Below the pieces are notes generated by a model, which had not been told where the DNA came from, made no database searches, and saw only the letters and a program-made list of their open reading frames with translations. The position numbers and the translations under genes are program-made. Of a DNA stretch of 64,000 nucleotides, positions 12,767-25,230 are shown one piece after another. How positions within the stretch are numbered: position 1 is the stretch's first letter; every line of letters begins with the position of its first letter. This DNA is from Octopus sinensis (taxonomy: Eukaryota): NCBI RefSeq assembly GCF_006345805.1, contig NC_042998.1:5270001-5334000 (forward strand), given 5' to 3'.

Positions 12767-13271
12767 TATATATATATATGTTTCTTTCTTTCCGTTGTAG
12801 CTGGATCAAGGAAGACGTCTTTTTGTCTGTCTCCTGTCCAAGCTTGATTTACGCGTTCGCTTTCACAACTTCGTTTAGGCTTAGCAGTCCTTCCTGTTTT
12901 TTTTTCAGTCTCCTGTTTTGTTACTAATTTTGACCTTCCACAAAAACCACAAATTTTGTTTAATTTGCTTTGCGGGAGCAACTGATTTATCGAAAGCGTA
13001 TCTTGTTGTGAACTGATCGAAATACGAGAATAGAAAACACAGACAACAACTGATGAAGGGTCGTTCTTTAAGTTGTTTGTTTTGTTTTCCATTTGTGCCT
13101 TTCGTTGTTCGAGAAAATAGTTCATATTCCATGTACTCGTACTTCGTATTTTTTGTTGTACAAATTTCGTGATGTCCTGTGCCCACATATGCATATATAT
13201 ATATATACGTATAGATGTAACTATGTTCATATACGTATGTATATATGCATATATATATATAATATACACAC

Positions 13272-13352
<81 letters not shown>

Positions 13353-14228
13353 ATACAATTATAAGTAAGGGTAAAAGAAAAAAAAAATTCATATTTATAA
13401 TTGCATTTATAACTTCACCTTTAAAGGTACTTTGTAATATTCTGGACACTGATAATTTTTTAAAAGATTTTATCCTTATATTTCAAGCATATATAAATAT
13501 CTATATCTATATATATATATATATATATATATATAGATAGATAGATAGATATCATGAATGAACGTCGTCTTCGTTGTTGTCGTCATCATCATGATTCATC
13601 ATACTGACCCTTTCAGATCTCTTACAAAATATAGGCTCCCTAATTTAGTCAAAAACTGTCATTTTGTTCTGTGCTTTTCTTTTCACTTGCTTCCATGTTA
13701 TTCTTGTCACATTCATTTCCTATGCTGCTCATATGTGCCGGCGGATCCATAGTCTTTCTGACTTTCAAGCTTCCTTTTACACGCACACGCGCATGCGTGC
13801 ATTCACAAGCGTATGCGTGCGTGCACAAGCGTGTGCGTGCGAGCACGCATGCACATTTGCGTGAGTAAGAAAGTTAAGCCAGTCTACGTGTCTTATACTA
13901 TGTTTTGGAAGCTAGTTCCTTCCTGTGTTCGAGCTAGGACTGAGCTTTATCTAATATTTTAGCTACATTGTGATTTGGTGCATTGATAAACCTCATTAAT
14001 GCATAGTTTGTGTATATTCTTTGCTTTGTTTCCTAATATATGGATAGAAGTGATTTGTTTTAGTCAAATAGGGATTCAGTGTGTTTTGGAAGTGTTGGTG
14101 TTTTGTAGGTATCTCACAGGTTTAGAACTGGACGTTTCGAAGACCCTCAAAAGAAGAACTATGTATCCATTATTGTATCCATTATTCTCTGATCCTGTCA
14201 ATTCCTCCCACACGAAAGACTGTTTCTC

Positions 14229-14788
14229 TGTTTCTTTATTAGCTACAAGGGCCCAAAATAGCGGGGGACAAACAGGGACAGACAGGACACCACAGAGGGG
14301 ACAATACAAAACACGAATATGAATGAGATGATTATATAACAATGAGGTTATGAATGGCTGCATGCGCCCCTCATCACATGCAGTACCATTAATCCTTTTT
14401 TTCAGTCCATTATTATCTTGTATTTAAATAACAATTAATTATCGTGTTCATACCATTGCAAGTATTTGAACCGTTATATACATTATCTACAATTGTTCTT
14501 CTATTTTTCAATATTTAAAAAAAAACATAACATAAAACACCTGGCTCTTTCTTTTTTTTCCTTTTTCTTTTTTTCTATTTCTTTTTTTCCTGTCAATATA
14601 AACATACTTATTTTCTTTTTAGTAGTACTTCATGAATGGTTCAATTTCTATTAAATCCACTATTGGTGGCAATTCTTTGAATTCCACCCTCACTCCTGCT
14701 GGGTCAATATCATCTCCACACATTTCTTCCAGTTTCTTGTAATTTTCCTTTTCGATCACTATCGCTTTCATATCCTCTGCCTATCCCT
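14229..14788 (-). mobile_element. 5'-truncated non-LTR retroelement with perfect 18-bp TSD
   Basis: cacgaaagactgtttctc at 14211-14228 and 14789-14806; 3' tail (plus strand tttctttatt..acaaggg..ggggacaaacagggacagaca) shared with SINE family A; minus frame EDMKAIVIEKENYKKLEEMCGDDIDPAGVRVEFKELPPIVDLIEIEPFMKYY*. Confidence 0.75.
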
Positions 14789-15852
14789 CACGAAAGACTG
14801 TTTCTCATTACGTGGGCTTCATTGCGCTTTTTTCTTATAGCACACTGTATCATGGACAGTATCTGTTTATATATTAAATACATACAGAGTCAATTCTGTT
14901 ATGGCAAGAATCATAACACCCTCTGTGAGAATGGACTAGCCGAACTATTGTAAATATATTGTAAATAGCAGTGTGTTTGACTGAGAGTGGGAGGGATGAG
15001 AAATCGCAGTAAGTCGAAAGGTGTTGTTCGTGAGTTCGTTTAGATGCAGGAATTTATTGAGAAGTTGTTATAATTCGTCGAGAGTTGTTTTAGATTGGCT
15101 ACAGTTGTTTGCAGAGTATTTGGGAATACATCAAGGGGAGACAGTTGGTGTCTATCCCGTTCTGTGGTACTATATATTACACTGTATTAGTGCACGACAT
15201 TAAGGTGACATATACAGAAACCATGTTATAAAAAAATCATAGTGGGTCAAATATGTGGAGTTATTTTTCGACGTTTGTACGTGAAGCTATAAAAGAAGTT
15301 ATGTGGCTGGTCCTGTTTCTAATTGCTTATTGTAGATATTGCTCAAAATTTCACCACTTCAACAGATGTTTTATAAAGGGAATAACTTAGCCATCTCGAC
15401 ATAAAATATGAGCAGTAATGCCATTGACAGATTTAGAAATTGCTTAATAGATTGCTAATATCTTTGGTTGTAGTCAAATCAGTTGGAACGTATTATCTTA
15501 TTTGAAGAAATGGATTCATCACAGTTGATATATTTAACAAAAAGCATATTTAATAATTGGTAGGAAAATTTACTTCCACCACACTGGTTCGTAATATTCT
15601 TTTTGGTATTTTCTTTGTTCTAGCTTATTTTGTTTTTTCTTTTTTTTCCTTTTACACGATGTTTCTGATAAATCGATATTACTGGAATATTCTTTGTGAC
15701 TAAATAGCTGCTCTACTTGAGATTATTAACTGCTCTATTGGAGATAGTGAAACCATAATGTAAAAGAATGATAACAGACGTAGAACTATCTTCTGTGACG
15801 TTTACGGTTGTTTAATGCTACTGTTCCCTCGGTCAGTCTGTTAATCAGCCAA

Positions 15853-15954
15853 TACATACATACATACATACATACATACATACATACATACATACATACA
15901 TACATACATACATACATACATACATACATACATACATACATACATACATACATA
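15853..15954. repeat. (TACA)n microsatellite
   Basis: Direct reading. Confidence 0.95.
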
Positions 15955-15959
15955 CTCAT

Positions 15960-16241
15960 ATATATTACTGTATCTGGGAAGAGTCATTCTCTTTTAGTGT
16001 CTAATTAATTTATACAATCACCGGTCCGATTTCCACTCATTTACTTATTTATTTCTACTGAAATTTTCGTTGCGTCTGGCAAACCTTTTCAGTAGTCGTT
16101 GAGTCAACGACTATTGTAAAGGTTGCAAGACGCAACGGAAATTTCAGTAGAAATAAGTAAATGAGTGGAAATCGGTGAGTGTGTTAAATTAATAAGAAGG
16201 CACTAAAAGTGAATGACTTCACTCAGGCACAATAAAATATA
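15960..16241. repeat. Fold-back inverted repeat (~140-bp arms) with degenerate hammerhead-like core
   Basis: Centre gtcgttga-g-tcaacgac at 16103; arms carry CTGAAAA-GGTTTGC..GCAAC-GAAA (minus strand of left arm) and its diverged copy on the right arm. Confidence 0.85.
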
Positions 16242-16327
16242 CTTCAACACACGAATCTTGCAAACCAAATAAAAAAGCGAAATACATACACACACATACA
16301 CACACACACACACACCACACACATACA

Positions 16328-16377
<50 letters not shown>

Positions 16378-16388
16378 ATATATATATA

Positions 16389-16436
<48 letters not shown>

Positions 16437-16783
16437 TATGTATGTATGTATACTAATATACGTATGTGTGTGTATTATGTACCTGTGTGTCTATGAATGT
16501 ATATCGAGAGCATGTGAGACGGTAAGAGAGAGAGAGAGAGGAGGAGGAGGATGGAGAGAGATGCGATGACGCTAAGAGATATTCAAACATGTTTCAAAGT
16601 CTTATTCAGAGAATTTTGTAGGAAGAAAACTACTTGAAGATTTGTACGGAACTTCCCAATTAAATATTCATTTTCTATTCAAATTATAGTACTTCTTGTC
16701 AGTAAAATCAGTTATAACACATAGTCAAACATATGTTTCAGTTTGCATATATGTATGCATATATATAAATACAGATTAATAGA

Positions 16784-16841
<58 letters not shown>

Positions 16842-16868
16842 GGACAGATACATACATACATACATACA

Positions 16869-16900
<32 letters not shown>

Positions 16901-18160
16901 CAGTCAACAGCTGAATCTGGTTCGCGTGAACAAGTAGTTCAAATTCTTAATTGTCTTAAATTTTTTATTTTCTATTTTTATATTTTGTTTTCTCATAAGT
17001 ACAAGTTGCTCGACGGTGAAGAGTGACATACTGGAGTGGTTCTTTTCCAGTTTCTATTTGCATTTAATTTTATGTATACACCTCACAAAGCTTCTTGCTT
17101 TTTTTATTTCCTCATCACTATGATTTTTATCTGTGATATTCAACTGTAACTTATTTTCTTAATTCTTTGAAGGATTTATAGTTACCTACTTGCTCAACTC
17201 CCTGACATATCGTTTAATTCGCTTATGACTTTCTCCAGGAAAAACCTTCCTTCCACATATAATTTTCAATACTTTCTATTCTCGCTGACGATAGAGGTAG
17301 AGTTAGAAGCGTTAAAGTTTACATCTAAGAAACTGTACAATCTTCTGAACTTAATTCTGGGGTGGTTCTCTTCGAAGCAGTTCATTTCTACTCTTCTCGT
17401 ATTCTGAAAATTGTCCTATTTTGATATTATTTCTCCATGCGGTAACATTCTATTGAGAACGTTAATTTTTTTATATATATAAAGAACATGTAGCTATATT
17501 AAAGAACACTCTTTTGACATTTTATCAATTCATTAATTCCTTTTATATTCTGGCATCTACTGATTACTTGCATGTAATTCGTTTCAAAGCGTTTTAGAAG
17601 TTGTTTTCTTCATCGTGCTATATGCAGTGGAAACCCAAGAGTTTAACTTCGATTTTGACGCCTAATAATCATTGCATGTTAATAGGAAAATTATTGATGT
17701 TTTTATCGAAGTCACTGATAGAAATCTTTACTATTTTTTCGACAGTTGTGTAATAGAGTTATGGGTGCCATATTTATGCATTTCCTAATGTATAAATGAA
17801 CCTCTGATAAGATCTTCCTTTCCTAAAACTTAAATTTTAGGCAGCTGAAGGAATACTACTTGTTAGTATACTGTATATATGTACATATTACCAATGTTAT
17901 ACACACATTTTTTCTCTTTTATATTCAAGGCTGTTTCAAGTGCGTATACTATTTATAAAAAGGACAAAACATATCAATTTGATAGACTAATTAATTTGAT
18001 TTTTATCGATAGCGAAAGAATGAGAGTCAGCTGAGTGTGTAGAGACGGCGTAAGAAAGAATGTCATGCTCAAGGACCCAAGGAGCCGCCGGAAACCGAAT
18101 CCAGGACTTTATGAACGTGCGCCGCCAAATAGTTGAACCACTAACCTACACGTCCCCACT

Positions 18161-18231
<71 letters not shown>

Positions 18232-18251
18232 TCTATACATACATGTAGATC

Positions 18252-19125
18252 CTAGGTCTGATCAATAAATATCCGGACTGTTGCCATAGTAACGAAGCTA
18301 AACTACGCAGAATGAAGCCACTTGACAAAGATTGGCCTTGAACTTTGTTGTGTATACGCATTACGTTTTAACGCTTTAGCTCAATTTTGCTGTTTACAGG
18401 AGGGCTTGGAAGAAAGGTGTGTAGCGTGTTATCGTCGCATTGAGCATGACAGAAAAAGCTGTCATGGTGATACCTGCTCAGAAGCCTACGTAAAGTCGCA
18501 GAAAGTGTATGGGCAGGGGTGTATGAGACGCACACAAGTGTACGAGTGGTTCAGACGTTTCCAAGATAGCCAAAAATGTCGATATTCACGAACGTTCTGA
18601 GAGACCTGTAACCAGCAGAACTGAGAGAAACTTTGCAGATATGCGTGAAGCTGAGGTGAAATCATCGAATCACCATCCGTGTGTTATCAGAGGATATGCA
18701 GATTAGTTAGAGTTCAGTAGTTCATTATCCCTGTTAAATTTGGGTATAACACGCGTACCCTCCAAGTTTGCACCAAAACTACTTTCAGCTGACCAAAAGG
18801 TCACACGGTGTTCAATTGCACAAGATCTCCTTGGTTTATGCCGAGAACGGTGAATTTTTTTGAAAATTTTAAGTAGGCCTCTGAGCGGATATCGCAAATT
18901 TGATGCAGATTCTCCGCTCAACTTTGTCTGTCATAGTCAATGCGTCGGTCAAATGTTACACACGTTCCTTTCAAGCACCGTTGTAAACCGCGGAAAGGAG
19001 CTAGAACCTTAAAACATAGTGCGCATGGACAGATTTTAAGGTCAATCTGTGCCAAGCGGCTTAACTCTGCATGCTTTAGCATCGTTACTTTGGCAACAGA
19101 GCGGATACCTATTGATCAAACCATG
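18252..19125 (+). mobile_element. Mariner-family element with ~90-bp TIRs, internally deleted
   Basis: Left ggtctgatcaataaatatccggactgttgccatagtaacgaagctaaa.. matches the reverse complement of the right end (..tttagcatcgttactttggcaacagagcggatacctattgatcaaacc); HTH remnant TCSEAYVKSQKVYGQGCMRRTQVYEWFRRFQD. Confidence 0.85.
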
Positions 19126-19139
19126 TATATATATATATG

Positions 19140-19208
<69 letters not shown>

Positions 19209-20362
19209 AATACCGTAGTTGACTGATATTCTTAAGTCTGCAAGTTACTCAGACGCAGCATATTTCAGACTTTGTCACTAATTCAGTTCTTAACCAAATT
19301 GTGAACTGTTAACAGTTTTGAAGTATACTTATCCCTAGCTACATTTTGGCCTTAAAAACATTCAGATTTGGTCCAGTAGGAAAAGCTTTACAACAAAATG
19401 TGTTGCAATGTGATGGGAGAGTAAGTAACACCACCAATCAGGTTTAGACCTCTATAACTTTCTCATTTTAAAAGCAAAATACATTTATCTTAGCTTCAAG
19501 GATAGAAGAATGCATGAGGCATTTTCTAGTTTTGGCCTCATGCAACAAAGATTGATAGCAAAAAGGTTGTGAGGTAAAAATATCATGGAAAAATATAGGG
19601 TAAAATTTGAATTTAAGTATAAGTTACTTTTCTCTTTTAAAAACAAACTATATTTTAGTTAGGCTTAAATGATAAAGCTCAATTCGAGGAGTTTCCTGAT
19701 ATCAATCTCATGCAATGAAGTTTTAAAAGGAAAAGCTGCGGTTGTTTCTCAAATTTGAGGGTGATAATATAGTTCTATCCATTTTCATGAATATAACTCT
19801 ATAAGGGGACTTTTAACATATGTCACCGGCATCATTGAAATAAAGAAAAAAATATCAACGACACCACTAATTGACACGTTTGACACATTATAAATTAGCG
19901 TAATAGTATAAGCCGAGAAAAAACATGCATTACATGGGAAAATGCGAGTAAGAAAAATAATATTCTTAAGAATATAAAACTGGAAAATTTCAGGACAAGT
20001 TATTACGTCTGGTAAAGCAAAGACCAAGAAAAATTTTACTTAAACAAATACATGCTCGTAATTGTGTATATGAAAGTATGTATCTGCAAATGTATGTATG
20101 TGTATTTGTATATGCATATATCTATGTATGTACGTAAGTATGTAGATGTATATGCAGGTATATATGCAGGTATATATATGTATGTATTATAAAACAATAT
20201 ATACCCGAATGTCCAGTTATGCAAGCTAGAAATCATATAAATTTCTTTAATATATATGTATGTGTGCGCGCGTGTGTGTATATATGTAAGACGTATGCGT
20301 GTATTTGTATATGTATGTATATATGTGTGTATGGTATGTATATATATATATATGTATGTGTG

Positions 20363-20395
<33 letters not shown>

Positions 20396-20444
20396 TTATA
20401 TGTGTGTGTGTATGTATGTATAGATGTATAAATGTATGTATCGA

Positions 20445-20868
20445 TGTATAATAATAATGGTTTTTATATAAGCCTAAGGCTTACAGCGATCACCCTGCAA
20501 GAGACTATTTTTCTTAGTCATTGCACGGTGATCTCTGTAAGCTTTAGGCTTATATAAAATACTATTATTATTATTTACAGGACTGTAGAAGCCGGCACCG
20601 TGTAACAAAGCCGAAAGCATATATAAAGTTTGTTTACAAAAAGAAGTACGAACTAATATAGTTGTTAAATTTCGCACAAACAGGGAGGCTTATTCGCTGG
20701 TGTAATGGTGACACACTTAATCGCGTTAACAAAGGCATGTGGGTCGAGTACCACTCGGATAGGAAAGCCTACTTTTTTTCTGTCGAGGGCTTGTATGCCC
20801 CATAATCATTGCACGGTGATCGCTGTAAGCGTTTAGGCTTATATAAGTACCATTATTATTATTTACAG
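20445..20868 (+). mobile_element. Inverted + tandem repeat element (288-bp unit) containing a tRNA-like cloverleaf
   Basis: 20518-20580 is directly repeated at 20806-20868; 20445-20500 is an inverted copy of that repeat; tRNA-like segment 20691-20761. Confidence 0.75.
20691..20761 (+). ncRNA. tRNA-like (Pol III type 2 promoter) sequence, not a canonical tRNA
   Basis: Acceptor TATTCG/CGGATA, A box TGGTGTAATGG with D-stem GTGT/ACAC, TTAA/TTAA stem, T-arm GTGG-GTCGAGTA-CCAC, T7 run at 20773-20779. Confidence 0.55.
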
Positions 20869-22621
20869 ATTATATTACGTATAAAAATGTATAATATGCA
20901 GGGGTCAGTTTCAACTATTGTTCTCTCTAGTGAAAACAATAATTTTGTTATAAAGCTAGGAATCATTCCATACTATTATTTGTTACCTTACTTCAAATCC
21001 ATTTTTTTTACTACTGTACGTATGTGTTGTTTGTATCCCAGATATATTAAATTTACTTCTCTCAGATATATCAACTGTTTTTTGCAGCTTTGGTTTCAAG
21101 TATATTTTATCTAATTATACAGAGTCATTACAAAATCAACGCGTGATTCTAAATTACAAATTTTCCATTTTTTAACTACGGTTCTCTATTTGATAGAACT
21201 CATCCGTAAAAACAACAAAAAATAAACATTTAAAAGCTAGATGCATCTCTTTTATTGCCATCAGTCAAACTATTTAATGGATATTTATTCATGTTTTTAA
21301 AAATTCGTAATTGCTTCAACTTTATTTTATGAGATTATTTAAAAGCTACTGGTTATTCAACTTAACTTCGTTCTATAGATGACTTGTAAGCGAGAATAAC
21401 TAATATGATTCGTGGTGTAACTATATACCGCTTGCAGAATGTATTTCCATAACTTCAGATTATAATCAAGATTTGTTTATATAATGATGATGTACATGTT
21501 AAAAAGTAACAACTCCAAAAGTCAATATTTCCAAAAGTGTAATATATCTTTTTAGGTAACCATTTCACATATTCATTCTACGATAAATTGAGCAAACGTT
21601 ATACAAATTTAATATTCCTCAAGGATTTATTATGACCCATCTTCGCACATATCTGTGCAAATATGTGGTATGAAATATCGATTTTTAATATTGGCACACG
21701 ATGAAACATTTGTGTAGGATGGGAATATTCATTTAAATACCATAGTATTTCATGTTACCTATTCTATCGATCTTGTATAAAAACCAAGAATACTCTCAAC
21801 AGAATTTAAATTCAGAAAGTAAAGAGTAATAACTAAGCACTATAGGGAATTTAATCCGATACCCCGTCCCATGATTTCGTATCTCCATTCTACATATTCT
21901 TTTATACTGTATGGCTTTGAAAGAAATCTACTCCCTCAACTCAGATATTTCTTTACTAAAACCAACCAGAAGGAAATCTCAACTCACACATAAGTCAATG
22001 TTCTTTGTATGCTAATGAATGTGTCCTGATTTACCAGTTAGATACTTTGCTTTTAGTGTGTTCAAGACGTGTTTCTTGCTTGTATATATGTGATTGTGTG
22101 TGTAGGAAATAGGTATGAATATGAGAGGTGTCTGATTGTATTATGTGTGTGGAGAATGTGTATGTAAGAATATTTTAGTATTAATAACACAAGCAGACAT
22201 TGATTATGAGAATTATGTTCCTTTATTTAAAAAGTCTGTCGATGCCACTTCCTGTAGCATATTTCAGATTTAACGGTTTTCTATTTCTTTTAAGTTTTCT
22301 TTTTTTTTTTCGTAGGAGTGGGCGTGTTCGTAAAGTCTCTTCTTAGGCTGACAAAATATACTCTATAAAGGTCGACTTTATCGAAGCGATTAGAGGATCA
22401 ATAAAGTCTTCATGTTAAAGTTAGACTTATTTTCCTGTTTAAAAAATGCATAATCACATACGTAGTTGGCATTGTTGTGTAGTCTCAGTTATCTCTACTT
22501 CAGAAGACCTATAACACAAAGACCGCTGATCAAAGAAAGCATTTGATCAGCATTATCCATTCGTGGTTATCATGTTTTCTATTATGAGGACACTTGGTCC
22601 TATGTAATCAGACATAGAAAC

Positions 22622-22628
22622 ATTATTA

Positions 22629-22683
<55 letters not shown>

Positions 22684-22716
22684 CATTATTATTATTATTA
22701 TTACTATTATTATTAC

Positions 22717-22755
<39 letters not shown>

Positions 22756-22766
22756 TATTAATATGG

Positions 22767-22804
<38 letters not shown>

Positions 22805-22887
22805 TTGATGATGATGATGTTGATGATGATGATGACGACGTCGACGACGATGATGACGATGACGACGAAGATGACGTCGACGATGAC
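22622..22887. repeat. (ATT)n followed by (GAT/GAC)n trinucleotide microsatellite
   Basis: Direct reading. Confidence 0.95.
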
Positions 22888-23204
22888 GCGCGAAATATCA
22901 ATACACCGAACTAGCTAAAGTGGACTACCTATAGAAAACGACATTGCTGATGCTCTCTGGCCCTTGAAAACAAATTCCTCATAAAATGAAATTTCCTCTT
23001 TAAAGCCTCTTTCAAATCGGTTTAAAAATATTACTTCCAATTTATTCCCTGATTCTGATTTAATTGTTGGAGTTAAATTATTTAGAACTTGCAAATGTAT
23101 TTCATTTATTATAATTCTAGCTGTGCATTAAAATATTGCTGCATCTAGGTGAATTCTGTTGGCAAGACGAAACTTTGTTTTCTATTTTCCTTGACCGGAG
23201 TGGG

Positions 23205-23270
<66 letters not shown>

Positions 23271-24489
23271 GTTGTTGTTGTTATGTTGTTTATTTTAGTT
23301 TAGAATCATTTCATTTTATTTTGTTTTGTTATTATTATTATCACTTACCACTGCTGAATTTTCATTGGCATTCTTAAACAATTAGCAAGAACAAATTTGA
23401 GAGGAAAAAAAGATTAATAAAAAAAATGTTGTTAAGCTTTCCACACTGCACCCAGCATGATGTTGTGTTTGTCATTATCAGTAAGAATATTTCAACGAAG
23501 GAAAATACAATTAGACACATTAACCAAATCAATCAATGCATTTAAATTTATTGTCCCTTAATGTTCACTGTTGTAGATTGATTAACCAGCCAATCAGAAA
23601 AAGGGGTGGAGGATTCATTCAAAGACTCTTTTACTTCTTGATTCATTGTGCGATTTCTTTCTCTCTTTTTTTTTCAGATTATTTTTTCCTTTTTATTCAA
23701 CATTTTTTATTCACTTTCAATTTTTCCTTTATTTTTTTCTTCGATTTTGTTTCAAACTGCTTAAATGATGTTGTCTTTGCTATTGTTGGTGTCAACGTTA
23801 TTATTATTATTATTATTATTTTTATTTTATTTTTTGGTCCTATTTTGTATTTTTTAATATATTTTTCGTTGTTTCTATTTTCGTCTACTAAACGAAGAAG
23901 TTGCACATTTACCGCCCTATTCCAGCTGAATTTCCAGTTTCTGAAAGAAAATCTCATTAAGATGTCATTTAAGCAGAATTTCAATGCTATTTTATTCATA
24001 CTGCTAAACATTCGGTGAATTTTAACTCTACTAATAAGTTTTAACATGGAAAAGAGAGTCATTAAAATGATGACAGCGTTAAAGGTGTGTTGGTTACGAT
24101 GATAATGATGATGTTCACGACGATGACAACAGCAACGACAACCTCGATGAATATGATGACACACACGATCCAACAATAATTCAGTTTTCTTATCTTAATA
24201 TATTTTATGCCTTTTTGTCTTCCTTCATATATCTATATATCTCCCATTTTTCTTCTATATATAACATTATATATAGGATTGGCTGTGTGGTAAGTAACTT
24301 GCTTACCAGCCACATGGTTCTGGATTCAGCTAACTGATCAACATCAACGAAGCACATGGGTGAGTTTATATATATTACATCCGGGTGAATGGCAAACTTT
24401 TACAAAATTGCATTTCGGGAGAGGAAAAGTTTTTTCGGAATAAAGATTTTGCAAAGCGAGGCAGGGTCGTTGTTTATTTATAATACATC

Positions 24490-24537
24490 AGGCATGCTGA
24501 TGATTACGTAAGTATGAAATCACTGTGATACAGGCCT
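24490..24537 (+). ncRNA. Type I hammerhead ribozyme, copy 1
   Basis: AGGCATG-CTGATGA-T-TAC-GTAA-GTA-T-GAAA-TCAC-T-GTGA-TA-CAGGCCT; one mismatch in stem I; predicted cleavage after 24530. Confidence 0.75.
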
Positions 24538-24968
24538 ATATTTTTAAATGTCTTACTTGAAAAGTTGCATTCGGTGGGATTAGTAATATTTTTGGTAGAA
24601 ATGACTGATTGTCCTCTTAGCGTTTGGCAGGTATATATAATGCCTCCTGGCATGTATGTATAATTATGCCCTCTATATATAAATTAATATGTTCAATAAG
24701 AAATAATTATTTTCGAAATTTTCTCTTATGAGGTTTTTACGCTATCTACCTGACAATTTCTTGTTAAGTTTTCCTTATTAAGTAGTTGTCCTTAATTGCA
24801 AAATTTTTATTCCGAAAAAACTTTTCCTCTCCCGAAATGCAATTTTGTAAAAGTTTGCCATTCACCCGGATGTAATATATATAAACTCACCCATGTGCTT
24901 CGTTGATGTTGATCAGTTAGCTGTTCGGCTTAAGCGAGGCAGGGTCGTTGTTTATTTATAATACATTC

Positions 24969-25016
24969 AGGCCTGCTGATGATTACGTAAGTATGAAATC
25001 ACTGTGATACAGGCCT
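24969..25016 (+). ncRNA. Type I hammerhead ribozyme, copy 2
   Basis: AGGCCTG-CTGATGA-T-TAC-GTAA-GTA-T-GAAA-TCAC-T-GTGA-TA-CAGGCCT; perfect 7-bp stem I, intact CUGAUGA/GAAA core, AUA cleavage triplet (cut after 25009). Confidence 0.85.
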
Positions 25017-25164
25017 ATATATTTTAAATGTCTTACTTTGAAAAGTTGCATTCGGTGGGATTAGTAATATTTTTGGTAGAAATGACTGATTGTCCCTCTT
25101 AGCGTTTGGCAGGTATATATAATGCCTCCTGGCATGTATGTATAATTATGCCCTCTATATATAA

Positions 25165-25230
<66 letters not shown>

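Larger units (their letters stand above)
24327..25167 (+). mobile_element. Retrozyme/Penelope-like non-coding element: inverted partial copy + 478-bp unit + partial tandem copy
   Basis: 24327-24454 is the reverse complement of 24796-24923; 24454-24685 is directly repeated at 24932-25167; each direct copy carries a hammerhead. Confidence 0.85.

Noticed and set aside
12745-13449. 234-aa ORF and the many [12 protein letters not shown] ORFs across the window
   Set aside because: They are translations of dinucleotide and tetranucleotide microsatellites with no domain content.
23536-24176. Two overlapping ~160-aa ORFs with hydrophobic or lysine-rich runs
   Set aside because: Products of T-rich/ATT low complexity on opposite strands; not a recognisable membrane protein.
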